This document shows positions 40,398 through 54,140 of a DNA stretch of 64,000 nt, in pieces. Where the stretch lies: contig OY740812.1 in the NCBI GenBank assembly GCA_963514005.1, positions 2,728,001 through 2,792,000 of the forward strand. The letters are read 5' to 3'. The notes under the pieces are model-generated. The model was given only the letters and a program-made list of their open reading frames with translations, was not told the origin of the DNA and ran no database searches. The translations under genes were made by a program, and so were the position numbers. The first letter of the stretch is position 1. Each line of letters opens with the position of its first letter. The DNA comes from Raja brachyura (taxonomy: Eukaryota).

Positions 40398-43014
40398 CTG
40401 GGGAAAAGAACAGTAAGTGATACATTTCAGTAAATAAGGATTGCATCTCAAAAGGTATATATTATTTTTACACATTTGTTTGTGGGATTTGAGGTATAAA
40501 GAGTAGGCTAATATTTAACGCCAATCATTGTGTCAAATGTTTGCTGGATTATTTCAGAGGGCAGTTAGGAGTATTTTCTTGTGGATATGGATCACATAAC
40601 ACGGTATTGGGAAGAAATAATGGAAACGTCAAAAAGGTATGATCCTATTCAAAGAGAATTTTAATATACATGGACCAGGAAAATTAGTTTGGCAGGGCTA
40701 ATTGAGACGAGACTCTTGGCACAGTACTCTTTCGACTCTTAGCTCTTGGTTATACTGAACCCAATATTGTAACCTCATTCTAACCCCAATATTGATCCAA
40801 TACCACACTATAGTCTCATGCCCATTAATTGTCCCTGGAGCAATTTTCTAATTGATGCTGTCTTCGCTGCAGAAAGATTTGATGAATAGTGAACACCATA
40901 ATACACATTTGCACTGAACATTAAGTTACACAAAGATCATATCCCACCAATTTAACCTTATCTATAACGAATATTATGCGGATCCAAGTTAGAGCAATAA
41001 AGGCAATTAGTTCAATTACTGATGAATAGATCAGATTCCAGCTTTGTGATCAATAAACTCAATTAGAGCTCAAGTACATATGCTACATCCAGCTTTGCAA
41101 ATGGGATGAAAATTCATGAAAGCTGCTCCCCACTAGACTGATGGGTTCATGGTCAGTTATTGGTATGACACGGCTCGTCAAGATTCATATCAGAATTGAA
41201 CACTAGCATGCCTTAGCTTGAATAAAAGTACATCTCTCACCAGGTGTCACTATCTCTCACCAGGTGTCACTGTCTTTGAAACTGATAACTACTTTGCTTG
41301 CCATTCAAGGTACAAATGATATATTAATCTAAAAAAAAAGTTGAAACCCAACCCACTAATAGCTTGCTAATGAAAATTGGTCAACACCAGAATTCATCCT
41401 GTTCTTTCTGCTCAGTTGCAGAACAGCAAAATAATTTCTTCCAACTTCAAATGACCTTTCACATTGTCCAAAAATGCCTCTGATATATATTAGAAGCTAG
41501 TTAACAGGTGCCCTACTTGAATGGCCATCTCTTCCTTACAAACATAAAGTTCATTCTCAAATTCAGACTTGCTAAAATAAATGTGATAATTCCAACACAG
41601 ATAGATTCACACCATGGTGCGCGGTTGTGCACCCGCACATCAAGCAAACGGGTGGCAGAAGCAAAACCTTATTTTCTTCACTGCATTATCAAACATCGAG
41701 GAGAGTATTTATAGGAAGACAATCAGGATAGTTGGGTGTTTTCTTCAGAGAGTGAGGTGGGGGTGGGGGAGGAAAACAAGAGAAAAGATGAAAAATACAT
41801 GTTAAAGTAAATATCTTTCAACATGAAGTGGTCAAATCAAAATGAAATTGAACTGAGAATGGCAAAAGCAACACATTTAAAAATAAGGAATCCAAGGAAA
41901 ACTAAACAAGAAATTAGTAGCAGTGGTAGTTCACCCGATCCTCGCCCTGCCAATCAACAATTGTAGTTATTTTACCCAAAGTCTCAACTCCACTTCTGTA
42001 CCAGTCCCCAATCTTTCAAAAAGGTATCTCCCACCTTTTTAAATACTTCCAATGATGTAGATTCCACAATCTTGCACAGTGGAGACATCCAGACATTCAC
42101 CATCTACAATAAATATTCTGATGCATCCATTTTAAATTATCTTATAACTATGTCCCTTTGATCGTAGCTCTCCCGTGAGTTGAATCATCGCGGAATCTAC
42201 TCTCAGGCCAGCTTAGGATTTTACATCTTTTAATACAATCATGCACAAATTGCTTCAACTCCAATGAGGTCAATTTATTTTTAGCTGTTTTTAATAGAGA
42301 AACCTCATTTGAGGAATTATCCTAGTGAATCTTTAGTGCCCTGCACCCAAAACGGGATCAAAACAGTACACCAACCCTCTGCACAATTTGCCTTCTCCAC
42401 TCCTAAACTGCAACCCCCTTACAATAAAGGACACTCTCTTCCAATGCACTGATCAAAAGATAGGAAAGGGGCATGGTAATTTTTCTCTGCAGCATGACAT
42501 GAAAGTCTTTTTGATGGACCATTCCCAGTTTACAGAACCCATGCCAGTAAGAGTGAAAGTATTTTTTTTTGCGCAAGGGAAATGGTGTTGCATCAGGTGA
42601 ATGATTGCAGGAGTTTACTGGTAAGCAAGCAAGATAAGACGATTAATTCTAAAAATAATAAGGGCTTATGAAATAAATAGTGCCAGATTTGTTTTTCCAA
42701 TTAATAATATGATAGTTAACAGAGCAGAATATTTCAGATCATAAAATTAAGTTGGAAAAAATTATTTAGAATCTGGAGGCTTTACTTATTCTTTACTTGT
42801 TCTTTACTTATATACTGAGGGACTCGGTGGTGGTATATGAAATAAGCTGCCAGAGGTGGTCGTTGAGGCAGGTACAATAACATTAAAAAGATACTTGGAC
42901 AGGTATATGGATTAGAGGGATAAATGCAGACAACTGGGACTAGCTTAGTTGGGGTATCCTGGTCGGCGTGGATGAATTGGGCCAAAGGGCCAGTTTTCAT
43001 GCTGTACAACTATG

Positions 43015-43775
43015 ATGTGTAAGAAGGTATTGCAGATGCCGGTTTAAACTGAAGATACACAAAAAGCTGGAATAACTCAGCGGGACAGGCAGCATCTCTG
43101 GAGAGAAGGAATGGGTGATGTTTCGGGTCGAGGCCCTTATTCAGACGGGGGGGGGGGGAGGGGGGGGAGAGAATTCCAGGGCTACCTGAAGAGTGAGAAA
43201 TCAATATTCATACCACTGGGCTGCAAGCTGCCCAAGCGAAATACGAGATGCTATTCCTCCAATTTGCATTTAGCCTCACTCTGACAATGGAGACAGAGGA
43301 CATAATGGTCTGTGTAGGAATGGGAAGGAGAATTAAAGTGTCCAGCAACCGGGAGATCAGGTTGGTTAGCGTGGGCTGAGCAAAGGTTTTCCGCGAAACG
43401 ATCGCTTCTCTGTGTTTGGTCTCGCCGATGTATATGAGTCCACATCTTGAACAATGATTACAGTAGATGAGGTTGGAGAAGGTGCAAGTGAACTTCTGCC
43501 TAACCTGAAAGGACTGTTGGCATCCCTGGACAGAGCCGAGGGAGGAGGAAAAGTGGACAGGTGTTGCATCTTCTGCGGGGCAGGGAAAGGTACCTGGGTA
43601 GGGGATGGTTTGGGTGGGAAGGGACGAGTTAACCAGGGAGTTACGGAGGGAACTGTCTCTGCGGAAGGCGGAAAGGGGTAGAGATGGGAAAATGTGGCTA
43701 GTGGTGGGATCCCGTTGGAGGTAGCGGAAATTTGAGGATTAGGTGTTGTACGCGATTGGCTGATGGGGTGGAGGA
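43015..43775 (-). mobile_element. Penelope-like element 3' fragment (GIY-YIG endonuclease C-terminus plus hammerhead-bearing terminal unit)
   Basis: YIGETK-like, DRFAE...PVAGHFNSPSHS...KLEE*HLVFRLGSLQPSGMNIDF. Confidence 0.85.
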
Positions 43776-43979
43776 TCCTGCAGTTCCTTCCTACACATCA
43801 TAGTCATAGAGTCATACTGCATGGAAACTGTAGAATAGATTATTGTTAGCGAGGGGAAGCTGCCAACAAGGCATACAAAGTAATATTTAATCAGCAGAGC
43901 AGTCAAACCAGACAGAGAACTAGGATAGGGGAAGGGATGGAGAGGGAAAACAAGGGTTACTTGAAATTAGAGAAGTCAA

Positions 43980-45762
43980 AATTTGAGATTTGTAATAGAA
44001 AAAAGCACATGTGGTTAAAGTGCACATTGTCAGATTTTAATCAAGGCAACTTTTATACATTTTGTTTTTACCATGCAGATATTACAGCAGTGTTTATACA
44101 TAGTCCCCCCATTTCAGGGCACCATAATGTTTGGGACACAGCAATGTCATGTAAATGAAAGTAGACATGTTTATTATTTTGTTGCATATTCTTTGCATGC
44201 AATGACTGCTTGAAGTCTGCGACTCATGGACATCACCAGTTGCTGGGTGTCTTCTCTGATGACAGGCCTGTTTTGCAGCAATCTTTAGCTTATGCTTGTT
44301 TTGAGGGCTAGTCCAGTTTTCTCTTCAGCATATAAAAGGCATGGTCTATTGGGTTCAGGTCGGGTGATTGACTTGGCCACTCACGAATTGACCGTTTTTT
44401 GCAGCTTTGATAAACTCCTTTGTTGCTTTAGCAGTATGGTTGGGATCATTGTCTTGCTGTAGAATGAACCGCAGGCCAATGAGTTTTGAGGCTTTTGTTC
44501 AAACTTGAGCAGATGTGTCTATACACTTCAGAATTCATTATGCTCCTACCATCAGCAGTTGTATCATCAATGAAGATAAGTGAGCCAGTACCTTCAGCAG
44601 CCATACATGCCCAGGCCATAACACCCCCACCACCGTGTTTCACAGATGAGGTGGTATGCTTTGGATCTTGGGCAGTTCCTTCACTCCTTTGCTCTTGCCA
44701 TCACTCTGATATAAGTTAATCTTTGTCTCATCTGACCACAAGCACTTTTTCCAGAACTGTGGTTGTTCTTTTAAGTACTTCTTGGCAAACTGTAACCCGG
44801 CCATCCTATTTTTGCGGTTAACCAGTGGTTTGCATCTTGCAGTGTAGCCTCTGTATTTCTGTTCATGAAGTCTTCTGCTGACAGTGGTCATTGACAAATC
44901 CACACCTGACTCCTGAAGAATGTTTCCGATCTGTCGGCCAGGTGTTTGGGGATTTTCCTTTATTATAGAGAGAATTCTTCTGTCATCAGCTGTGGAGGTC
45001 TTCCTTGGCCTGCTAGTCCCTTTGATATTAGTAAGCTCATCGGTGCTTTCTTTCTTCTTAATGATGTTCCAAACAGTTGATTTTGGTAACCCAAAGGTTT
45101 GGCTGATATCTCTAACAGTTTTATTCTTGTTTCTCAGTCTCATAATGGCTTCTTTGACTTTCATTGGAACGACTTTGGTCCTCATGTTGATAAACAGCAA
45201 TAAAAATTTCCAAAGGTGATGGAAAGACTAGATGCTGAGAGCTCTCTTATAGCTGCATTAAGGAGGCAATTAAACAATCCTGAGCAATTACAAACACCTG
45301 TGAAGCCATAGGTCCCAAACATTATGGTGCCTTGAAATGGGAGGACTATGTATAAACACAGCTGTAATTTCTACCTGGTGAAACCAAAATGTATTAAAAT
45401 AATGTAGATTGGCATGTAAACAGGAGTCATACACACTATGTGATCCAAAGTCATTTCTAATCAGCATATAGACTTTAACAGCATAGAGGATGGTTCGTTG
45501 TCAGAACATCCTAACTGCTGCTCGAACTGAGCAGTGCAGGAAGTAAGTGTTAGTATAAACGTTACAGTGGGGTGGGGTTAGTGATGCTAACTTATATATG
45601 ATTGGTTGACATGCATAACCAATCTACAAATACCCTTTAATATAATCTGACAATGTGTACTCTACCCACATGTGATTTTAATATTGCACATCTCAAATTG
45701 TGGAGTACAGAGGCAAATAAATAAATGATGGGTCTTTGTCCCAAACATTATGGAGGGCACTG
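43980..45762 (-). mobile_element. Second copy of the same Tc1 family, inverted; one TIR end truncated, the other carries a ~270-bp insert
   Basis: ORFs 44640..45200 and 44446..44643 closely match copy 1; terminal GGAGGGCACTG followed by TA at 45762. Confidence 0.93.
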
Positions 45763-45907
45763 TAGATTAAATGGAGTTCATTAACGTATTTGATAAGGTT
45801 TCACTTGTGAGATCAGTTTTCCCCATTCCTTCTCTCCAGTGATGCTGCCTGTTCCGCTGAGTACCTCCAGCTTTGTCTATCTCTGACTATGATAATGGGT
45901 GAATCAA

Positions 45908-46325
45908 TAGACAATAGGTGCAGGAGTAGGCCATTTGGCCCTTCGAGCCAGCACTGCCATTCAATGTGATCATGGCTGATCATCTCCAATCAGTACCCCG
46001 TTCCTGCCTTCTCCCCATATCCCCTGACTCCGCTATTTTTAAGAGCCCTATCTAGCTCTCTTTTAAAAGTATCCAGAGAACTGGCCTCCACCGCCCTCTG
46101 TGGCAGATAATTCCACAGACTCACCACTCTCTGTGAGAAAAAGTGTTTCCTCGTCTCCGTTCTAAATGGCTTACTCCTTATTCTTAAACTGTGGTCCCTG
46201 GATCTGGGCTCCCCCAACATCGGGAACATGTTTCCTGCCTCTAGTGTGTCCAAGTCTTTAACAATCTTATATGTTTCAATGAGATCCCCTCTCATTCTTC
46301 TAAACTCCAGAGTGCACAAGCTCAG
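45908..46325 (-). mobile_element. CR1 LINE 3' fragment, young-looking
   Basis: ORF 45990..46319. Confidence 0.9.
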
Positions 46326-46759
46326 CTGTAAGGACTGTTGATGTCACACAACTACAATCCATCATAACTAGAGTTTGAACAAGATTAATATTTCTGGATT
46401 AAATAGCTCCCACCCCACTGATGTATAGAGACAGTTTAGTCATATTCTGCTGATAATCTGCAAATCTGGCGAGATTTCTGAACACTGTCAATGCTTGAAA
46501 TGTGCTTAAATTGGCAGTGCAGTCCCAAGGTATCTCAACGAACTGCTTGATGTATTTAGACTTGTAAAACCATGCTTTTCAAACAATGTAATCGAAATAT
46601 CTCCCTTGATCACTGACAACATCCCTTCCCACCAGCAGGCAGAAGCATTGAAGATAGCAGGGAACAGAATATAGTCAGGAAGGAATGGCCCTTAGAATCA
46701 TCTGGATTCTGACTCTGTTAAATATTGCGCCATTGGACTAAACATAGGAAATAACCTAT

Positions 46760-47865
46760 ATGCTGATTCAGCAATGGATCATTATTCTTCAAAATTGAAC
46801 AACACTTAGGTGAAAGCACAAAATGTACTCTAGTGTGTGATTTTAATGCCAGACTTAACACCAGCACTGACCAATCGGGCTGAATCCTGAAGGACCTAGA
46901 TGTCAGAATGGGTCTCTGGCAGGCAAAAAGAGGGATACATTTATTTAACCTGACCTCACCAATCTACACCACGCAGATGCATCTGCCGACATCAGTTTCA
47001 CATAGGTCCTGTGGAGTTAAAGTTTCCCTTTCACTGAGGACACAACCAAGTTGTTTGGTGCTACCATGATGTCAAATAGGATAGATTTAGAACAGATTCG
47101 GAGAGAATTGCATTCCACCAAATTAAATATTCTTAGTACTATCCTTCTCCTACCCATATGCTGGGGACCAACTCTGATTTAATGAGTGGAGGGCAAGGCA
47201 GACGCAATGAGTAATTGAAAGAATAACATGCCAGTCTCCAAGGCTACAACACTGAACTAAATGCTAAATAGTGAAACTAACTTGAAAAGACAGTGCTAAG
47301 TAATCTTAAACCAACAGATCAGAGCAAAGTTCTGCAGCCATCACACTGCTAAGAATTCACAGCTGCTTTTGAATAAGCAGCCAACACGAGGAGGCTGCTA
47401 GATGCCGGCGACCATCTTCAATTAAAAATATCCAGTACTAATTTATTTATCCTCTCAGGAGGCAGCCATCACAAAAACTAGCTTTCAGTAAATATGATTC
47501 ATTCCAAAAGATAAATTAATCCCCAAAGCAAGGGCTATGAATCTGACAACACCCTTGCTGTAACACCCACAAGGAAAGCTTGGATGGAATTTCCTAAACT
47601 TGGGTCTCTACAGCCTAGAGTAACAAGGACATCCATGCCATCACCTTCAAACTCACACTATCTTGACTTCGAGACACAGCACCTTCAACTTGAAGTTATA
47701 TAACATCCTGAAAAATCTAAGCAGGAGCTTTGCAAGAGCACCTTCAACATGCAAGAATGCAGAGGTTCAATAATGTGGCTCACCATCTTCTCAGAGACAA
47801 TTACTGATGGTAAATAAATGCTGGCATGGCCAGCAATGCTCACATTCCATAAATGAACAAATCAA
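46760..47865 (+). mobile_element. Highly decayed old LINE (CR1-like)
   Basis: QNVL..DFN-like endonuclease remnant; 3' tail AATAAATGCTGGC...CACATTCCATAAATGAA. Confidence 0.45.
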
Positions 47866-48417
47866 AACCCTGAAATAAAAGGAAAACGGATAAAAGGATA
47901 AAAGTTATCCACAATAATTTCCATCATTTGACCAGAACCAATTTTCACATTGACCAATGTTATTTATTTTAATGAAACGTCAATCTAAAATGTCAATGCT
48001 ACTTCTTTCGAGGGAGATGCTGTCTGACCTGAAAATTTTAACTTTTACTTTATGGATCTGGAATAGGTTTAAAAGGTTAGCTGAGTAACTACTGAAGTTA
48101 GCCAAATTGAAATGGCGTGACAGTGCATTGGGCTCAGCAGCTACCTGCAGTCTCTTTCTCTGGACCTTAATCTAAATCTCAGCCACAGTTTGGATTAAGA
48201 TTCTACCAGATCCCAAGAACTTTCCTTTCTCAAAATAACGGCTCTGGTGCAAGTCAATTAGAATCAGGCTTTCTTTCTCATCTGAAGAAAGCTCTCCCTC
48301 ATCTAGATTTTTCCAGGTTTAACTTTAAGGACAGTTATAACCTTCTTGCATTGAAGCAAGCAGCAAATCATAGATATAGAAAATGTAACTTCAGGGAAAG
48401 TAAATAAACCTAAATAC

Positions 48418-48451
48418 CTGTATGTTACAAGACCCCAATTTTCCATGGCAC
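48418..48451 (-). CDS. NPEPPS: NPEPPS-like exon 8 (GAMENWGLVTYR), exopeptidase GAMEN motif
   Basis: 34 nt; cacag/gtattt; phases match both neighbours. Confidence 0.97.
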
Positions 48452-49215
48452 CTGTGAAAAAAATATTCACACTATAATTTTTAGTATATTTATACATGTG
48501 AAGGTTCAAGCATCAGGTAGATCACAGTCTCACTGAATTTTAAAGTTGTTTCTAAAGTCCTACCCTGCTTCCGTTTCTTGTAAACTGACATGAAATTTCT
48601 GGCATCAGACTGAGTGCAAATGGACCTCCCAAACTAAACAAGCTATCATAAAGGGAGTGAAGAGGACACAATATTTTCACTTTTACAAATGTGTGTGCAT
48701 TGTTTCAGGAGGGAGCAGACAGATATTACAAATTTTAAATGGTCAACTTATGGTTTTGACAATCATAGTGTCATAGAGTCACATGCTGTACAAGTTGCCC
48801 ACACCGACCAACAGTCCCATCTGCACTAGTCCCACTTGCCTGCATTTGGCCCATATCTCTCTAAATCTGTCTTATTCATGTAAATCATAGATCAATTATC
48901 AGTAACCAACAGTAGCACTAGCATAGTTGAAAGTTACGCAGCTGAGTAATGCTGTGGGAGGGGAAAAAGGATAACAAGCAGAGGAAATTGTCAAGACAGC
49001 GTTTGGATTATAAAAATAAGCAACATTTAAAAAATATACCGGATTATTGGAACTTTGCAGTTAAAATCACTTGGCAGTTATACAATCAGAATGATGAGGT
49101 GACCATCAGCTTGGTATAAAAATGCGGTATTACAAGTCTAGTAACATTACAAACAATTCTTCAAAATATTGATCCAGATTGCAACTGATGTATACAAATA
49201 ATTCAAGATACCAAC

Positions 49216-49312
49216 CTGCTGCAAAGTCTGCAATGGCTATTAAATCGATTTTTGGTAGAGGATACGGAACATTGAAGTATTCTCCATAAAAAGGTAGCGT
49301 CTTGGCAGCAAC
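49216..49312 (-). CDS. NPEPPS: NPEPPS-like exon 7 ([33 protein letters not shown])
   Basis: 97 nt; [10 protein letters not shown] motif; AG/GT flanks. Confidence 0.96.
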
Positions 49313-50781
49313 CTAGCAGGAGAGAAGAAAAAAAAATCAAAACTTTTATCACCATTGCACATGAAGCGGAATAACTAGAACATCAGCTAGTTTATTTCCA
49401 CAAAGAGAAAGCAAGGCCATAACTCTAAGGTTTCACAGTAATAAAAAAAAAATTAGGAATGCATTGAACTCAACCTACAAAGAGGGAAGCTATCCTCCTT
49501 TGAAAGAAATACAATAACTTATACGTGCAGTGATATTCATTCTTCCTGATGAGTCTGCAGGGAAATAATGCCTTCATGTACATATTTATAAAGTTATTAC
49601 AAAAAAAACTACATTTAAACCTAATGTGATGGTTGAATATATCCCACGATCTAAGTCATACGGTTATTTTGAGTCTAGAACTCTAGATATAGTTTTTCTC
49701 ATACAGCCTTTATCTTTTACATGGAAACCTAGCTCCTACGAATCAGCAGTTACAGGAGAATGAATGTCACTGCTAATATGGAGAAAGAGTAAGGTTACAA
49801 ATTGGATTATGCACAGCAGAGGAGCACACGATTCAAAATACAACAATGTGTTAAGCAAGTGTTATAATGTGTGTTATTTGGATAATAATCTGATATTCAA
49901 TTTCTTTCCCCCCTCACTTGATTCTGTCACACCATTACCTTCCTTTTCTTCCTAAACGGCTCACTATTTGTTAGAATATTAACACATGAAGACCAGAAAC
50001 CCATCCTTCAATATTGAATCCACATAACAAGTTTGTGAAAGGTTGAACAGCGAGTACCAGCGGGGACTACAGCAAACCTGTCTAATCAGGTTCTTGCTTG
50101 ATGCTGGTGCATGGATGCACATTCAGAAAGGTTTAGTGGAGACACCAAAATGAGGGCCAAGATAGTGAAGATAGTGCACCTTACACATTAATTTCACAAT
50201 ATCCTGTTCAATTTCAAGTGCTCTTGAATTTCCTTTAAAAATATATATTTTAAATCATGCAATTACAGGTTATTAGCAATCTCTCGCCATTCTTCCATTT
50301 GACCATTATTTTGTATTTTCCCATCTCCACCTCTGGCACTTCCAAACTAACTACCAAGTAAAAAGCAACTGACCACCGATTCCCAATCCTCTGTCCTAGT
50401 CATTACAATGGTGACCGCAGGTTAAGACGTGTTGTGCTTCTGCTTTGCTGCTCTGCATGAGGCGTTTGCGACATTTGGTCTGTCCTCATGCTACTGGAAA
50501 ATTCATAATCTGTAATTAAAGCCAGATATCGAGTTGGATATAGAGCAAGGTGTTGAAATGGAGAATCCAAACGACATTAGAGCGTTAAAATAATTGAAAG
50601 GCAGAGGCACACCGCCTCCACCTATTTATTCTAAACTGCCTTCCTTAGCCATAAAATATTTTGTGAGCTGGATTTAGGGAACTGGGGTGTATTTATGACA
50701 ACTTGAATTCAAGAAACTACAATTGCTCCCGCCCCCCCATTTAAGGGCTGGCATACAGGGGAATATAAAAACAAAAACAAC

Positions 50782-50982
50782 CTCAAGCGCAAATTTTCCT
50801 TGTTCCGCTTTGCCAATGGGTGTGTAGACACGAACGAGAATACCATCTGATGACTTGGCTTCCACAAAATCGTATTCACCAACCACAAATGCCACTAAAT
50901 ATGTGGACATTATGGGGGATTTGGCAAACTTGACTTCCACTAGGTCGTCATCGTCAGGATACGGGTTACGTTCAGTCACATT
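50782..50982 (-). CDS. NPEPPS: NPEPPS-like exon 6 (NVTERNPYPDDDDLVEVKF...MSTYLVAFVVGEYDFVE...GKFALE)
   Basis: 201 nt; overlaps ORF 50674..50979; MSTYLVAF motif; AG/GT flanks. Confidence 0.97.
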
Positions 50983-52729
50983 CTGTAACAGTGAAGGTTA
51001 AAAAAAAGTTACAAGTTGCAGAATGGAGACACAAAACGCTTCACGTGGAAGTGTTCAAAATTCAAAAGCATTGTGAAAAATAATTCTTTACCAAATCACT
51101 GATAATGTTTAAATTAAATTTGCAAAATCCCTGGTAGTGGTTGAAAAATATAAACCTTTCACTCAGCATATCCCACTAGAAACTAAATTAGGAATATTTG
51201 AATATAGCATCAGCATTTAAATTACTTACATTTCACATGAATACATTTTGACATAGTTGACATGGTACAGACTTTAGAATTGCATTTCCTTCAATCACGC
51301 TTTGATCAGTGTTAGCCATCTTGCTTACATCAGAAATCCATGGATTTGGAGTGAATATTGGACATGACGGGCGTTAGGTTAGATACGCAACCAAAGCTCC
51401 AACACCTACAGCATGATAGGACAAAGACCCCATTGCGCTATTGAAATATCATATCCTGGGGATGATGGTATTCTTAGTATTGTGGCATATTCATATCCTG
51501 CAAGCTTCATTACAAGAAATGAAGGTTGTTCATCTCATGCTGCTAATGAGATAAACAATCTACAAGCATCAGGCACCTGTGGTCAATCCTGATCTTTGAC
51601 TAATGACAGAGTTTTAACACTCTCCTCTACTGCATGGTGTCTAAAGAACACTGATATTGATGCAGTTATGATGCAACGAGCATGCGTTTCAGGCCGACAC
51701 GAGTGTCTTGGTTACTGACAGAAACATATACTTGATTTATAACAAATATTTGCACAGTATCACTGCAGTAACAGACTTAATGCAAAAAATTGCAGAATTT
51801 CTTTGATGATTTTACAGAGTTCCAGTTTTGATTGAAGCTAGAGTTAACAAAGTCTACCAGGTAAAGTCATATTTTTGTGGTGTTTGCGACAGAGTGTGGA
51901 GATTCTTTCCATGCCAGTCCCATTGGAGGATTTATTAAAAAGTGCCCTACTGTTAGATCTCTTTTTACCTGTAAATCTAGCATCATTTTTAGTTGTTCTG
52001 AGAACTATATTCTGAACTCTGTACCTTTCCCTTTGCTACATTCATTGTTCTTGAGTTTGGCTTGATTGTATTTATGTATAGTATTAACTGACTTGACTGG
52101 AATCATGCAAAACAACACTTTTCATTGTCCCTCGGTACACATGATAATAATAAACTTAAATCTACTTGCTGATAGGTATGCAATTTTTGGGTTAACCATC
52201 AACAGTCAACAATATAATGGTAGAGGCAAAGATTCAATTCAGAATGCAAATTCTATCATCCAGACCGTTTTCACAAAAGTAACATTCTCAACTTAGCATA
52301 ACACTTTCAACTTTTCTACACAACTATTTTCATTGACCATTCCGTCCAAGTTCACAAGGAATTCCATCCCTTGCAACTATTTAGCAACACATTAGGTACT
52401 GAGAATGATGAAGAAAAGTGAACTGCACTGTGAGGCGAGTGGCTCATATTTCAGAAATACAATTTAAATTTGCAAGAGCGATTATTAACCGAAAAAGGAA
52501 AGATATCCAAGATTGCCAATTTTAGACAAGGAATAGTGCAACTGATATTAAGCTTTCAAGCATGAAAAGCCTTTTCTGAAGATCTCAGATTATTTTGAAT
52601 AAGAGTTGAAATCTTATCAAGTAGATAATTTGGCCACTTAGGTATATTTTAAGTTGCACAAGCTATTTGACTGGAGCAAATCATAGACTTAACCTCTCAG
52701 GCATTGATTACATAAAACATTCAGAGACA

Positions 52730-54140
52730 CAGGAACATACAGCACAGGAACAGTTCTTCTGGTAGCTCATTCCATTTCCCCAGTACTCCGTGTGAAACAT
52801 TTGCCCCTCAGGTTCTCACCTTAAACTTATGCCAACTAGTTCTTGATTCCCCTCCTCTGGGAAAAAGACTGCATTCACTCTAAGCTCCTGTGATTTTATA
52901 CATCTGTAAGCCTTCATGTTCACTCTGCAGTTTGCTACGCTGCAGGGAATAAAGTCCTAGTCTATCCAACTTCTCCCTGTAGCTTGGTCCCTCCAATCTG
53001 GGCAACATCCTCGTAAATCTTTTCTGCACTCTTTCCAGTTTAATGGCATCTTTCCTATAGATGGGTGACCAAAACTGAATCTTCCAAGCGCTGCATCGCC
53101 AATGTCTTGTACAACCGCAACATAAATGTCCCAACTTCTATATGCAATACCTTGGAAGACTAGAATGCCAAAATACTTTTTCACCATTCTGTTTTCTGTG
53201 ATGCCATTTTCAAGGAAATATATACTTGTTCTAGGTTCCCATACTCTACAACACCCACCAGGACTTTACCATTCACTGTGGAAGTCCTACTTCGGTTACA
53301 CCTCGCAACACCTGCAAAATGCACCACCTCACACTTATCGGAATTAAACTCCATTTGCCATTTCTCAGCCCACTTGCTCAATTGTCAAGATCCCGTTGTA
53401 ATGCTGGATAATCTTCTTCGTTGTTTACTGTACTACCTATTTTAGTGTAATCTGCAAACTTACTAATCATGCATTGTACATCCACATCCAAATTGTTGAT
53501 ACAGATAATAACATTGGGCCCAAGGCACAGGCCTGCAGTCAGAAAAACCACACCCACCATCACCCCCTGCTTCATAACATAGTCAATTCTGTATCTAAAT
53601 ACCTAGCGCTCCCTGCAATTCAGGCGATCTTTGAATCACTTATCATGCAAAACTTTATGAAAGGCCTTGCGGAAGCCCTAAATAGATGATGTCTACTGCT
53701 CCACCCTCATTAACCTTCTTCATAAGTGAGAGGAGCAGAATTAGGCCATTCGGCCTATCAAGTCTACTCTGCCATTCAATCATGGCTGATCTATCTCTAC
53801 ATCCTAACCCCATTCTCCTGCCTTCTCCGCATAACCTCCGACACCCAATTCTTGATTACTTCTTCAAAAACTCAAGTTCATTTTCTGAGATACAACCTCC
53901 CACGCACAAAACCATGCTGACTAGCCCTAATCAACCTGTTTTTACAAATGCATGTATATCTTATCCCTCAGAATCTCTTCCAGTAACTTACCTACCACAG
54001 ATGTCAGGCTTACTGTTCTATAGCTCCCACGTTTTTCTTTGCAGCCCTTAAATAAAGGTACAACATTAGCCGCCCTCCAAGTCTTCTGGGACATCACCCA
54101 TGGCTGACAATGCACCACATATCTCAGCCAGGGTCCCCAC
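52730..54140 (-). mobile_element. CR1 LINE RT fragment with a nested second CR1 3' end (~53725-53845)
   Basis: SLTSVVGKLLE, ISKFADYTK, WQMEFNSDKCEV, LERVQKRFTRM. Confidence 0.88.

Noticed and set aside
41232-41272. 20-bp tandem duplication ATCTCTCACCAGGTGTCACT; similar short duplications near 5869-5891 and 37710-37746
   Set aside because: Ordinary slippage with two copies; not CRISPR-like
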